In this document: one piece after another, positions 16,935 through 26,193 of the stretch
Layout of the letters: the number at the start of each line of letters is the position of its first letter
How positions within the stretch are numbered: position 1 is the first letter of the stretch
Origin: Frankia canadensis
GTDB taxonomy: Bacteria > Actinomycetota > Actinomycetes > Frankiales > Frankiaceae
Assembly (NCBI RefSeq): GCF_900197875.1
Contig: NZ_FZMO01000547.1
Coordinates: 45,765 to 77,764, forward strand
Length of the DNA: 32,000 nt
Reading direction: 5' to 3'
The notes under the pieces: model-generated
Told to the model about the DNA's origin: nothing
Seen by the model: only the letters and a program-made list of their open reading frames with translations
Databases searched by the model: none
Made by a program: the position numbers and the translations under genes

Positions 16935-18380
16935 TCACGCGAGCGCGGCGGCGATCTCGTCGAAACGCGCGCCGCGGGAGGCCTTCACGAGGACCACGTC
17001 GCCGGCGCCGAGGCGGCCGCGCAGCCAGTCGACAGCCGCGTCGTTGTCGTCCAGTGCCACCGCCCGCTTCCCCGCGCCGACGGCGATCGGTCGGGCCGCC
17101 TCGCCGACCGCCACCACCACGTCGGCCCGGGAGGCGGCGTGCTCCCCGACAGCGCGGTGCTCGGCCTCGCTGGCGTCGCCGAGCTCGCGCATCTCGCCGA
17201 GGACGGCGATGCGGCGGCCTCCCTCGATCGCCGCCAGCGCGTCGAGGGCGGCGCGGGTCGAGTCGGGGTTGGCGTTGTAGGCGTCGTTAAGCAGCATCGC
17301 GCCGCCGGCGAGGCCGCGCGGCTCCAGGCGCCACGGTGACAGCGAGGCGGAGGCCAACGCCGTGGCGATCACGTCGAGAGGTACGCCGGCGGCCAGCCCC
17401 GCCGCTGCGGCGGCCGACGCGTTGAGTGCCTGATGCGCGCCCAGAACCGGCAGCGTGACGCGAGCCGACGAAGTGGTGACGACGGCGGCCTCGGCGGTGG
17501 GAACGGCGGTGACGGCCCCGGAAGCGGCGGTGGTGGTGGCGGTGGCTGCGGTGGCTGCGGTGGCTGCGGTGGCTGCGGTGGTTTGCAGGGTGAATGACGG
17601 CCGGGCTAGCCGGTCCAGCGTCAGGTCGAGCACGCGCATGTCGGCGTGCCACGCTCGGCCGAAGGTCAGCACAGGGCCGGCTGTGAGCGAGCGCATCGCG
17701 GCCACCCGGGGATCGTCGGCGTTGAGCACGGCGGTGCCACCGGGCGCCAGTCCCCGCACCAGCTCGCCCTTGGTACTGGCGATGGCCTCGCGCGACCCGA
17801 ACTCGCCGAGATGCGCCTGGCCGACGTTCATGACGATGGCGATGTCGGGCGCGACCAGAGCGGTGAGCGTGGCGATGTCACCGAGATGGCGAGCACCCAT
17901 CTCCAGGACGAGGAACCGGGTGGCCGCGTCGGCGCGCAGCATGGTCAGCGGCACGCCGAGCTCGTTGTTCAGCGAGCCGATCGTGGCGGTCGTCGCGCCG
18001 GCGCTCGCCAGGATGGTCGCCAGCAGGTCCTTGGTGCTGGTCTTGCCCTGGGAGCCGGTCACCGCGACGACGGTCAGCCGGTCGCGCAGCCGGGCCACGA
18101 CGTGGGTGGCGAGCGCCTGCAGCGCGGCCTGGACGTCGTCGACTACGACGGTGGGCAACGGCGTGGGCCGGGAGCCGAGCACCGCCACCGCACCGGCCCG
18201 GCCTGCCTGGCCCGCGTAGTCGTGACCATCGGCCTGCTCGCCGGCGAACGCCACGAACAGGCCACCCGGTTCGGCCTGCCGGCCGTCGAGCACGGCCGGC
18301 GCGGTCACCGTGACGGCGCCATCGCCCTTGACCATCCCATGGACGACCGCGGCGATCTCGTCGACGCGGAGCGGAATCAT
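16935..18380 (-). CDS. murF: UDP-N-acetylmuramoyl-tripeptide--D-alanyl-D-alanine(/D-lactate) ligase, an extra MurF copy outside any dcw context
   Basis: [15 protein letters not shown]..., the Mur ligase P-loop [44 protein letters not shown] and VLVKASRG are all present. ATG at 18380 is verified in frame. Confidence 0.9.
   Translation of the reverse strand: MIPLRVDEIAAVVHGMVKGDGAVTVTAPAVLDGRQAEPGGLFVAFAGEQADGHDYAGQAGRAGAVAVLGSRPTPLPTVVVDDVQAALQALATHVVARLRDRLTVVAVTGSQGKTSTKDLLATILASAGATTATIGSLNNELGVPLTMLRADAATRFLVLEMGARHLGDIATLTALVAPDIAIVMNVGQAHLGEFGSREAIASTKGELVRGLAPGGTAVLNADDPRVAAMRSLTAGPVLTFGRAWHADMRVLDLTLDRLARPSFTLQTTAATAATAATAATATTTAASGAVTAVPTAEAAVVTTSSARVTLPVLGAHQALNASAAAAAGLAAGVPLDVIATALASASLSPWRLEPRGLAGGAMLLNDAYNANPDSTRAALDALAAIEGGRRIAVLGEMRELGDASEAEHRAVGEHAASRADVVVAVGEAARPIAVGAGKRAVALDDNDAAVDWLRGRLGAGDVVLVKASRGARFDEIAAALA
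17532..17584. repeat. 9-bp tandem repeat (GGTGGCTGC), about 5-6 copies inside murF, encoding (Ala-Ala-Thr)n
   Basis: Four perfect copies span 17541-17576 and are flanked by degenerate copies. The minus-strand translation is TTAATAATAATAATATTT. Confidence 0.9.
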
Positions 18381-18403
18381 GCTGCCGCACAGTACGGTCG
18401 GCC

Positions 18404-18436
18404 ACATATCGCTGACATATTGCCATTCCCATATAC
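18404..18436. promoter_or_regulatory. Candidate regulator box: direct repeats ACATATCGC (18404-18412) and ACATATTGC (18415-18423), 11 bp apart, plus a third CATATACGC (18430-18438)
   Basis: Read directly from the 89-bp AT-richer murF/vanH divergent intergenic region. The function is inferred only. Confidence 0.3.
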
Positions 18437-18469
18437 GCCGGCAACTCCGCCCTTCCTTGACTGGAGCGC

Positions 18470-19543
18470 GTGACCTCCACCGAAGCGGCCCGAACGGCAG
18501 CCCACCACCGCGCCCGATCACCGGCATCCCCACTCTCCCCGCCTTCCCCGTCTTCCCCGTCTTCCCCGGCCGTCTCGGCTACGGGAATCACCGTCTATGG
18601 CTGCGGACAGGACGAGGCTGCCCTGTTCCGGGAGCTGTCGCCCCGCTTCGACGTCGCGCCGACCTTCACCGAGGCGCCGGCGTCCGAGGCCAATGTCGCC
18701 CTGGCATCGGGAAACCGCTGTATCAGCATCAGCCACAAAGATCAGGTCACCAACTCCACCCTTCTCGCGCTGAGCCGCGTCGGCGTGTCGTATGTCTCCA
18801 CGAGAAGCACCGGATGCAATCACGTCGATGTCAGCTACGCGGCGAGCGTCGGCATCACCGTCGAGGGTGTGGCGTACTCACCCGACAGCGTGGCCGACTA
18901 CACCCTGATGCTGATGCTGATGGCGGCGCGGCATGCGGGGTCCGTCATCATCCGGGCAGCCGCCCATGACTACCGCCTGCAGGAGACGCGCGGGCGGGAA
19001 CTGCGCGACCTGACCGTCGGTGTCATCGGGACGGGACGCATCGGCGCCGCGGTCGTGGCCAGGCTGCGAGGCTTCGGCTGCCGCGTTCTCGCCCACGACA
19101 GCCGGCCCGGCACCGCGGCCGCCGACCGTGTTTCCCTCGACGACCTGCTGCGGCGAAGTGACATCGTCACGCTCCACGTTCCCCTCGACGCGGCCACGCG
19201 TCATCTCCTGGATCGTCGCCGTATCGAGCGGATGAAGCGCGGCGCGATCGTCGTCAACACCGGTCGCGGCGCGCTTCTGGACACCGAGGCCCTCGTTTCC
19301 GCGCTGGACAGCGGCCGGTTGGGTGGCGCGGCGCTGGACGTCCTCGAAGGAGAGGAGGGAATCTTCTACGCCGATCACCGGGGAAACCCCGTCGAGCACC
19401 GGTCGCTGGCACGCCTCCAGGGACTCCCCAACGTGATCATAACTCCGCACACGGCCTACTACACCGATCACGCTTTGAACGACATCATCGAGAACTCCAT
19501 CGTCAACTGCCGGCGATTCGAAGGAAGTACCGCGCATGGCTAG
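18470..19543 (+). CDS. vanH: D-specific alpha-keto-acid (pyruvate to D-lactate) dehydrogenase VanH
   Basis: [15 protein letters not shown]..., [30 protein letters not shown], the NAD motif [33 protein letters not shown] and [13 protein letters not shown] are near-identical in pattern to enterococcal and actinomycete VanH. The only canonical in-frame start upstream of the conserved core is GTG 18470, which gives a Pro/Ser-rich extension of about 37 aa. Confidence 0.88.
   Translation: MTSTEAARTAAHHRARSPASPLSPPSPSSPSSPAVSATGITVYGCGQDEAALFRELSPRFDVAPTFTEAPASEANVALASGNRCISISHKDQVTNSTLLALSRVGVSYVSTRSTGCNHVDVSYAASVGITVEGVAYSPDSVADYTLMLMLMAARHAGSVIIRAAAHDYRLQETRGRELRDLTVGVIGTGRIGAAVVARLRGFGCRVLAHDSRPGTAAADRVSLDDLLRRSDIVTLHVPLDAATRHLLDRRRIERMKRGAIVVNTGRGALLDTEALVSALDSGRLGGAALDVLEGEEGIFYADHRGNPVEHRSLARLQGLPNVIITPHTAYYTDHALNDIIENSIVNCRRFEGSTAHG
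18533..18568. repeat. 9-bp tandem repeat, 4 copies ([CT][CT]T[CT]CCCCG), in the 5' extension of vanH
   Basis: The units are ctctccccg, ccttccccg, tcttccccg and tcttccccg. They translate as [11 protein letters not shown] if the GTG 18470 start is real. Confidence 0.85.
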
Positions 19544-20582
19544 AACGAGAATCGGGATCATCTTCGGCGGCGGTTCCGAGGAGCACACCGTCTCCGTCAG
19601 GTCCGCGCGGGAGGTCGCGGCGAACCTCGACACCGAGAGGTATGAGCCGTTCTACCTCGGGATCACGAGGAATGGCGCGTGGCGGCTGTGCGACGGCCCC
19701 GACCCGGGCTGGGATGACGGGAACGGCCGTCCAGCGGCACTGTCACCGGACGGTGGCGTGCACGGCCTGCTCGTCCTGGACGAGGGACGCTACGAGACGA
19801 TCAGGCTCGACCTGGTGCTGCCCGTCCTGCACGGCCGGCTCGGCGAGGACGGCGCGATCCAGGGACTGCTGGAACTCTCCGGGATCCCCTACGTGGGCTG
19901 CGGCCTCCAGAGCTCCGCGCTGTGTATGGACAAGTCCCTCACCTACCTCGTCGTTCGAGGCGCGGGTATCGCCACGCCGAGCTTCTGGGTCGTCACGGGG
20001 AACGAGGACGTCGATCCCGGCCGGCTTCCCTATCCCGTCTTCGTCAAGCCGGCCCGTTCCGGATCGTCGTTCGGCGTCAGCAAGGTCTCCGGTGCGCCGG
20101 AGCTGGCGCGGGCGGTGCGGACCGCACGGCAGTACGACACGAAGGTGCTGATCGAGGAGGCTGTGGTCGGCAGCGAGGTCGGCTGCGCCGTTCTGGGAAA
20201 CGGTCGGGATCTGATCACCGGCGAGGTGGATCGGATCGCGCTGTCCCACGGCTTCTTCCGTATCCACCAGGAGAGCGCGCCCGAAGGCGGTTCCGAGAAC
20301 GCGACCGCCATCGTTCCCGCGGACATCCCGGCGGAGGCACGCTCGCTCGTCCAGGAGACCGCCACCTCCATCTATCGCGCCCTGGGCTGCAGGGGACTGG
20401 CCCGGGTGGACATGTTCCTCCGGGAGGATGGCACGGTGATCCTCAACGAGGTCAACACGTTTCCCGGCCTGACCTCGTACAGCCGCTTCCCGAGGATGAT
20501 GGCGGCCGCCGGCCTGCCGCTGGGCGCGGTGATCGACCGTCTGGTGTCGCGGACGCTGGCCGGAACACCCGATGGACGATGA
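19536..20582 (+). CDS. vanA: D-alanine--(R)-lactate ligase, VanA/VanB/DdlM type
   Basis: IGIIFGGGSEEHTVSVRSA, LHGRLGEDGAIQGLLELSGIPYVGCGLQSSALCMDKSLTYLV, and the omega-loop FFRIHQESAPEGGSENA, which has the VanA-type His rather than the Ddl Tyr. The ATG overlaps the vanH stop by 8 nt (19536-19543). Confidence 0.92.
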   Translation: MARTRIGIIFGGGSEEHTVSVRSAREVAANLDTERYEPFYLGITRNGAWRLCDGPDPGWDDGNGRPAALSPDGGVHGLLVLDEGRYETIRLDLVLPVLHGRLGEDGAIQGLLELSGIPYVGCGLQSSALCMDKSLTYLVVRGAGIATPSFWVVTGNEDVDPGRLPYPVFVKPARSGSSFGVSKVSGAPELARAVRTARQYDTKVLIEEAVVGSEVGCAVLGNGRDLITGEVDRIALSHGFFRIHQESAPEGGSENATAIVPADIPAEARSLVQETATSIYRALGCRGLARVDMFLREDGTVILNEVNTFPGLTSYSRFPRMMAAAGLPLGAVIDRLVSRTLAGTPDGR

Positions 20583-21180
20583 ATTCGCCTTCGTGGACGA
20601 GCTGGTGCCCGGAATACGCTGGGACGCCAAGTACGCCACCTGGGACAACTTCACCGGCAGGCCGGTGGACGGGTACCTGGCGAACCGGATCGTCGGCACG
20701 CGGGCCCTGTGCGCGGCGCTGCGCAGGGCGCGGGACCAGGCCGAGTCCCTTGGCCTCGGCCTGGTCGTCTGGGACGGATACCGCCCGCAACGCGCCGTGG
20801 ACTGCTTTCTGCGCTGGTCGCGACAGCCGGAGGACGGCCGGACGAAGCCGCATCATTATCCGAACATCAGCCGCGCCGAGTTGTTCACGCAGGGATACGT
20901 GGCCGCCAGGTCGGGACACAGCCGGGGCAGCACCGTCGACCTGGCGCTCTACCATCTGGCCACCGGCGAGCTCGCCGCCATGGGCGGCCGCCACGACCTG
21001 ATGGACGCGATCTCACACCACGGAGCACGCGGAATCCCGTCGACCGAGGCGAGAAACCGTCAGCACCTTCGCTCCATCATGGCGGCCTGCGGCTTCCTCT
21101 CCTACGACCGCGAGTGGTGGCACTACACCCTGCGAGACGAACCCCATCCGGACACCTACTTCGACTTTCCGGTGGCATAG
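20572..21180 (+). CDS. vanX: D-Ala-D-Ala dipeptidase VanX
   Basis: VPGIRWDAKYATWDNFTGRPVDGY, WDGYRPQRAV, the Zn-site motif SGHSRGSTVDL, REWWHY and the C-terminal YFDFPV. The ATG overlaps the ligase stop by 11 nt (20572-20582). Confidence 0.92.
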   Translation: MDDEFAFVDELVPGIRWDAKYATWDNFTGRPVDGYLANRIVGTRALCAALRRARDQAESLGLGLVVWDGYRPQRAVDCFLRWSRQPEDGRTKPHHYPNISRAELFTQGYVAARSGHSRGSTVDLALYHLATGELAAMGGRHDLMDAISHHGARGIPSTEARNRQHLRSIMAACGFLSYDREWWHYTLRDEPHPDTYFDFPVA

Positions 21181-21238
21181 CGACGTCGAGGCAGCACGGG
21201 CGACGACGTCCGGCTCACGCGTCGGCGGCAGCGCCCGG

Positions 21239-22735
21239 TCACACCGCCGGGGCAGGCTCGGGGCTGGCGTGGGCGCCGGCGCCCTTGGGCCTGTTGGGGA
21301 TCCACAGGGCGATCAGTGTCAGGGCGATCGCGATGAGGGCGGCGGTGGCGAACGCCCACCGCATCCCGCCGACGAGCGCGTCGACGTCGGACGCGCCGCC
21401 GTCGGTCAGCCGGGTGGAGCGGGCCTCCAGGATGACGACCAGCAGGGCGGTGCCCATGGCGCCGGAGACCTGCATGATCGTGCCGAACAGCGAGCTGCCG
21501 TGCGAGTAGAGGCTGGCGGGCAGGTCACCCAGTCCGACGGAGAACAGGGGGGTGAACACCGCCGCGAGGGACGCCATCAGCAGGATGTGCACCACCAGCA
21601 GCAGCGGGTACGGCGTGTCGCGGCCGATCGTGGCGAGCGCGCCCAGCGAGAGCATCGCCACCGCACAGCCGGGAATGACGAGCAGCCGCGCGCCGAACCG
21701 GTCGTAGACGCGGCCGACCGCCGGGCCGAGCAGGCCCATCGCCAGGCCACCGGGCATCACCAGCAGGCCGGTCTGCAGCTCGGTGAGGTCCCGCACGTCC
21801 TGCAGGTACAGCGGCAGCAGGAACATGGCGCCGAAGAAGGCCATGTTCGAGGCCGCCATCACCAGCAGCGAGACCCGGAACGAGCGGTGGACGAGCGTGC
21901 GCAGGTCCAGCAGCGGGCGGCCGCGCTGTGCCAGCCGAAGCTGCACCGCGGCGAACCCCGCGACGAGCGCCCCGCCGCCGGTGATGATCAGCCCGACGGT
22001 GACACCGTCACGGGCACCGATCTCGCTGAGGCCGAACAGCAGGCCGCTGAACCCGAGTGCCGCGAGCAGGACGCTCGGCCAGTGCACGGAACCGCTCACG
22101 GTCTCGCCGACGTTCTCCAGCCTGCGCAGGCCGGCGACGGCGACGAGCACCGCGACCGGCAGGATGAACACGAAGATCAGCCGCCAGGAGCCGAGCTGCA
22201 GGATGACTCCGGAGACCGCGGGGCCGAGCGCCGGCGCGCAGGACATCGCCATCGTGACGGTGCCCATCACCCGGCCGCGGGCCGACTCGGGGACGACCAC
22301 CATCAGGGTCGTCATCAGCAGCGGCATCATCACCGCCGTGCCGGCGGCCTGCACGACCCGGCCGGCGAGCAGCACCGGGAAGGCGGGCGCGACCGCGCCG
22401 ATGACCGTTCCGGTACAGAAGGTCGCCATGGCGACGGCGTAGGCCGTCCTGGTCGTCACCCGCTGCAGGAACCAGCCGGTCAGCGGGATTACCGCGGCCA
22501 TCGTGAGCATGAAGATGGTCGACAGCCACTGCGCGGCCCGCGGCGAGATGGAGAAGTCCATCATCAGCCGGGGCACCGCGTTGATCATGATTGTCTCGTT
22601 GAGGATGACGATGAACGTGGCGACGACCAGCAGCTTGATGACCAGCGGAGTCCGCTCGGACGCGGCGATCTCCCCGGGGAGATCGGTCTCGTCGCCACGG
22701 TGGGCGGCGTCGTCCACGCGCAGCGGCACAGTCAT
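21239..22735 (-). CDS. MFS drug:H+ antiporter, DHA2 (EmrB/QacA, 14-TMS) family
   Basis: LVVATFIVILNETIMINAVPRLMMDF...AQWLSTIFMLTMAAVIPLTGWFLQR is the canonical DHA2 N-terminus, and about 14 hydrophobic segments follow. ATG at 22735 is verified and preceded by AAGGAG. The track ORF start (22918) adds Arg/Cys-rich noise. Confidence 0.85.
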   Translation of the reverse strand: MTVPLRVDDAAHRGDETDLPGEIAASERTPLVIKLLVVATFIVILNETIMINAVPRLMMDFSISPRAAQWLSTIFMLTMAAVIPLTGWFLQRVTTRTAYAVAMATFCTGTVIGAVAPAFPVLLAGRVVQAAGTAVMMPLLMTTLMVVVPESARGRVMGTVTMAMSCAPALGPAVSGVILQLGSWRLIFVFILPVAVLVAVAGLRRLENVGETVSGSVHWPSVLLAALGFSGLLFGLSEIGARDGVTVGLIITGGGALVAGFAAVQLRLAQRGRPLLDLRTLVHRSFRVSLLVMAASNMAFFGAMFLLPLYLQDVRDLTELQTGLLVMPGGLAMGLLGPAVGRVYDRFGARLLVIPGCAVAMLSLGALATIGRDTPYPLLLVVHILLMASLAAVFTPLFSVGLGDLPASLYSHGSSLFGTIMQVSGAMGTALLVVILEARSTRLTDGGASDVDALVGGMRWAFATAALIAIALTLIALWIPNRPKGAGAHASPEPAPAV

Positions 22736-22940
22736 GACAGCTCCTTGAGTTCCCGGCCCGAGGTCGGGCCGTCGGCAGGACGCGCGCACGGAAAGGCACG
22801 CGCCGATCCGTCCGAGACGGCGGCGGCACCCGTCCGGTCGACGCACCGTCCCACGCAATCGCGACGTACAGCAAACAGATTCCAGCTGACGCCGCGGGCC
22901 GCGCGGACCGCATGCCACGCGCTCCGGCCGGGACGCCGCG

Positions 22941-23555
22941 TCAGGTCGGTCTGGACGCGACGCCCTCGTAGGCGAAGCCGAGCCGGGCTGTTCCGCGCAT
23001 CGGATGGGTCGTGGCCGACTCCAGGGTCAGCCCGGACGCCGCGACCAGCTCGTCGATGCGGCGGTCGAGATGACAGCCGCCGGCGATCCTGCCCCAGGCG
23101 GGGGTGAGCCGGTCCTGCCAGCGGGCGACGGCGGGTCGAGACGAGCGGCCGTGCTCGGTGAAGTGCAGGGAGCCGCCGGGCCGCAGCACCCGGTGGATCT
23201 CGCGCAGCGCCTGGTCGACGTCGGGGATGGTGCACAGCGTCCAGGCCGTGAGGACATGATCGACCGACGCGTCCGGCAGGGGCAGCGCCTGGCCGTCGTC
23301 GCCGATGAACTCCACCGGGCAGGGCGCGGCGGCGACGCGCCCTGCCGCGAGCCTGCGCCCGACAGCGGCAGGCTCGACCGCGAGCAGGCGCGTGACGTCC
23401 GCCGGAAGGTACGCGAGGCTGCGTCCCGAGCCGAAGCCGATCTCCAGGACCTCGCCGGACAGCCCGGCCGCGACCCGCGCCCTGGCCTCCCGCACCGGTC
23501 TGCCGAGGGCCAGATCGATGACTCTGGGCAGCACCTGGTCGTCCCACAAGCCCAC
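22941..23555 (-). CDS. Class I SAM-dependent methyltransferase (about 204 aa)
   Basis: Motif I VLEIGFGSGRS, an acidic loop (AVEP) and RVLRPGGSLHF. GTG start at 23555 with GAGGAG upstream. Confidence 0.8.
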   Translation of the reverse strand: MGLWDDQVLPRVIDLALGRPVREARARVAAGLSGEVLEIGFGSGRSLAYLPADVTRLLAVEPAAVGRRLAAGRVAAAPCPVEFIGDDGQALPLPDASVDHVLTAWTLCTIPDVDQALREIHRVLRPGGSLHFTEHGRSSRPAVARWQDRLTPAWGRIAGGCHLDRRIDELVAASGLTLESATTHPMRGTARLGFAYEGVASRPT

Positions 23556-23791
23556 TACGACTCCTCACCGACAGCACGCCGCGTGGTCCACCCCAGGTCG
23601 CACGGCGGCGCCGGCCCAGCACCCGCCGTCGAACAGGTCACCGAGCCGGCCGGCGTCGCGCGGTACCTGATCGCTGACCTCACCCACCCACGCTGGCACG
23701 CGCAGCCGGCGCGGTAAAGAAACCCGTCGGGGACGCGGCGGGTCGGCGGCCGTGGTGCCGATATCGCCCAGCGGGGTCCGGCGCCGCCGGG

Positions 23792-24796
23792 CTATCTCAG
23801 CCGGCAGTGGACGTGGTGGATGAGGCGGGCGATCCCGCGGTAGGGGTCGCGGGTGCCGGCGGCCCATTCGGCGTCGACGACGGCGTCCAGATCCGGGCCT
23901 GGCGGGGTGTCGCCGAGATGATCGGTGAAGATGCGGATTCCGTATCGGGCGAGCGGCCGCGTGCCGGCGGCTGTGAGGATCGCGGAGACGTTGGCCGGAT
24001 CATCACCGCCCGGCGGGATCACCGCTGGCTGGCCGGCCGCTCCCGTGGACGTGGCCGACCCGGTGGAAGCCGCCGGGGTGGGCTCGCCGAGTTGCGCGGT
24101 GGTGTCCTGCCAGCGGCCCTGCAGGCCGGCACGCAGCGCGAGCGCCGGGCCGTTCTTACCGACCACGGAGATGATCCCGCCGGGTCGGGTGACCTCGACG
24201 AGGACCTCCAGCAGGGGCGCCGGCTCGGGGACGAACATGATGACGCCGTGGCAGAACGTGGCGTCCCAGCCGATGCCCACCAGGCGGGCGGCCTCGCGCC
24301 CGTCGCCTTCGACCAGCGCGACCCGCCGCCGGACAACCTCGGGGGCGTCCGCGAGCGCCCGCCGGGCCTCGACCAGCATGCCCGGGTCCGGTTCGCAGAC
24401 GGTGACCTCGTATCCCCGCCGGGCGAACTCCAGCGCCTGCACGCCGTTGCCGCCGCCGATGTCCAGCAGCCGCGCGGGCGGGGGTGGCAGATGCTCGACC
24501 AGCGCCCGGGTGACCAGCCGCTGCCGGACGACACCTCGCAGCGTCGCCGTGTGCGCCACATAGTCCGCCGTCTCCGTACCGTCGACCACGCCGAGTACCT
24601 GAGGTTCACATTCGGCCGGGCGCCCGCGGCGTGGTTCAGGGCGGCGACCGGGGACCCTCGTTATCGTGCGGCGGGACGGCGGGCCACCGGTCGGCTGGTC
24701 ACGGATCTCCCGGCCGGACGCCGGCGGACGGCCCCGAGTCGGGACGGAATGGTCGTGCACGGACGGGTGACGATCGCTGGCCGGGGACGGCTGCAT
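23792..24796 (-). CDS. Class I SAM-dependent methyltransferase with a disordered N-terminal extension of about 65 aa
   Basis: Motif I LLDIGGGNGVQALEFA, VTVCEPD and TRPGGIISVV. ATG 24796 is preceded by GAGGAAGGAG (about 9-nt spacer), which favours the long form. GTG 24589 is a shorter alternative. Confidence 0.7.
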   Translation of the reverse strand: MQPSPASDRHPSVHDHSVPTRGRPPASGREIRDQPTGGPPSRRTITRVPGRRPEPRRGRPAECEPQVLGVVDGTETADYVAHTATLRGVVRQRLVTRALVEHLPPPPARLLDIGGGNGVQALEFARRGYEVTVCEPDPGMLVEARRALADAPEVVRRRVALVEGDGREAARLVGIGWDATFCHGVIMFVPEPAPLLEVLVEVTRPGGIISVVGKNGPALALRAGLQGRWQDTTAQLGEPTPAASTGSATSTGAAGQPAVIPPGGDDPANVSAILTAAGTRPLARYGIRIFTDHLGDTPPGPDLDAVVDAEWAAGTRDPYRGIARLIHHVHCRLR

Positions 24797-24879
24797 CAGG
24801 CGGTGCTCCTTCCTCAGTACTGGGGATCTGTCCCGTTTGGCGGCGTCGCAACCTTTTCGAATCGGTCCGCGGCCTGGCC

Positions 24880-26193
24880 TCAGTCACCCTGGGCCACTCG
24901 AGCGCCCCCGGTGCTCTGCTGACGAGCCAGCTCCTCGAGCAGGTCGGCGGCCCGCTGCTCCCGCCCGGCGGCGTCGATCTCCGCGCGCAGGCGGCCGGCG
25001 GCGAGGGTGTAGCCGATGTCGCCGAGGACCTGGCGGACGGCGGCGCGGACGCGATCCGGTCCGGGGGTCTGGCTGCGCAGGTCGATGCCGACGCCCGAGT
25101 AGGCGACCCGGGCGTTCACCTCCCCCTTGTCCTCGGTCTTCCCCGCGCCGACGACGGGGACGCCGTGGGAGAGCGCGAGCTGGACGCCGCCGTACCCACC
25201 ATTGGTGACGAACACGTCCGTGTGCGGCAGCAGGAGGTCGAAGGGGATGAACCGCGCCACCCGGGTGTTCGCCGGCACCGCGCCCAGCTCCGACGGGTCG
25301 GCGCCGCCGGTGACGGCCACGACGAGCAGGTCGTCCTCGGGGCCGAGCGCGTCGATGGCCGGCCGGAGGAGCTGGCTCGGATCGGTCGCGACCGTACCCT
25401 GGGTGACCAGGACGACGCGGCGATCCCCGGACAGGTCGTCCCACCAGTCCGGTCGCTGCCAGTGTCGATCCGTCTCCTGCCGCGGCGGGCCGACGAAGCG
25501 CACCTGGGATGGGCGATCGGTCACGGGATACTCGAACCCGGGCGTGCTGAACTGCAGATACAGCCTGGTCTCGAGGGCGAAGTCGTAGACGGCGGCGCTG
25601 GTCGGCGGAAGGCCGAAGGCCCGCCGGGCCACGTTGACCTCGGCGGTCATCCCCCGGAAGAGAATCCGCCGCGTCGCCTTGTCCAGGACACGGTTGCGCA
25701 CCCGGCCGAGCGGGCCCCGCGCCGGCGACAGGCCGAATCCGAAGGGGGCCAGATCCCGGCTGGGAAATCCGAGGACGCTGATGCCGAAACCAGCGAGCGC
25801 GGGACCGCCCAGTTCCTGGACGATCGTCCCGCCGATGAATCCGGTGTCCCCGATGATGACGTCGGCGGGCTCCTTGTCCAGCAGGGCCGTCAGGTCACGG
25901 ACCTGCCCGGCCACCGGCGCCGCGAAGCCGTACGTCATATCGAACTGAAGCTTTCGCAGCCCGGACAGCTCCCTGCGGTGTGGATACCGCGCGTCGAGAC
26001 CATGCACGCTGTGATCATGCTGGGATTCGGTGATCGGGTGAAACGCCGCCCCCGTGCGGGCGATCTGGTCGGCGAACGCCGCACCGCCGTACCACCGCAC
26101 GCCATGGCCGCGCGCGACCAGTTCCCGGGCGACCGGGATGGCCGGTGACGTGTGGCCGACAGCAGGCATGGTCGCAAACAGGAAGCGCGCCAT
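24880..26193 (-). CDS. GT1-family (MGT / UDP-glycosyltransferase, OleD-CrtX-like) glycosyltransferase
   Basis: N-terminal MARFLFATMPAVGHTSPAIPVARELVARGH and the C-terminal donor-binding signature FVTNGGYGGVQLALSHGVPVVGAGKTEDKGEVNARV. ATG 26193 is verified. The upstream 107 codons of the track ORF are noise. Confidence 0.85.
   Translation of the reverse strand: MARFLFATMPAVGHTSPAIPVARELVARGHGVRWYGGAAFADQIARTGAAFHPITESQHDHSVHGLDARYPHRRELSGLRKLQFDMTYGFAAPVAGQVRDLTALLDKEPADVIIGDTGFIGGTIVQELGGPALAGFGISVLGFPSRDLAPFGFGLSPARGPLGRVRNRVLDKATRRILFRGMTAEVNVARRAFGLPPTSAAVYDFALETRLYLQFSTPGFEYPVTDRPSQVRFVGPPRQETDRHWQRPDWWDDLSGDRRVVLVTQGTVATDPSQLLRPAIDALGPEDDLLVVAVTGGADPSELGAVPANTRVARFIPFDLLLPHTDVFVTNGGYGGVQLALSHGVPVVGAGKTEDKGEVNARVAYSGVGIDLRSQTPGPDRVRAAVRQVLGDIGYTLAAGRLRAEIDAAGREQRAADLLEELARQQSTGGARVAQGD

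Noticed and set aside
21181-21211. Possible bidirectional terminator hairpin between convergent vanX and the DHA2 transporter (GACGTCG ... CGACGTC)
   Set aside because: The stem is only 7 bp, the loop is about 15 nt and there is no flanking T/A tract. This cannot be told apart from chance self-complementarity in GC-rich DNA.
23716-23743. Terminator-like element downstream of the 23792-24796 methyltransferase (minus strand: CCCGCCG-cgtcc-CGACGGG followed by TTTCTTT)
   Set aside because: The T-rich tail is attractive, but the stem is interrupted by a C/A mismatch, leaving only 4+2 bp. It was not scored without a folding-energy calculation.
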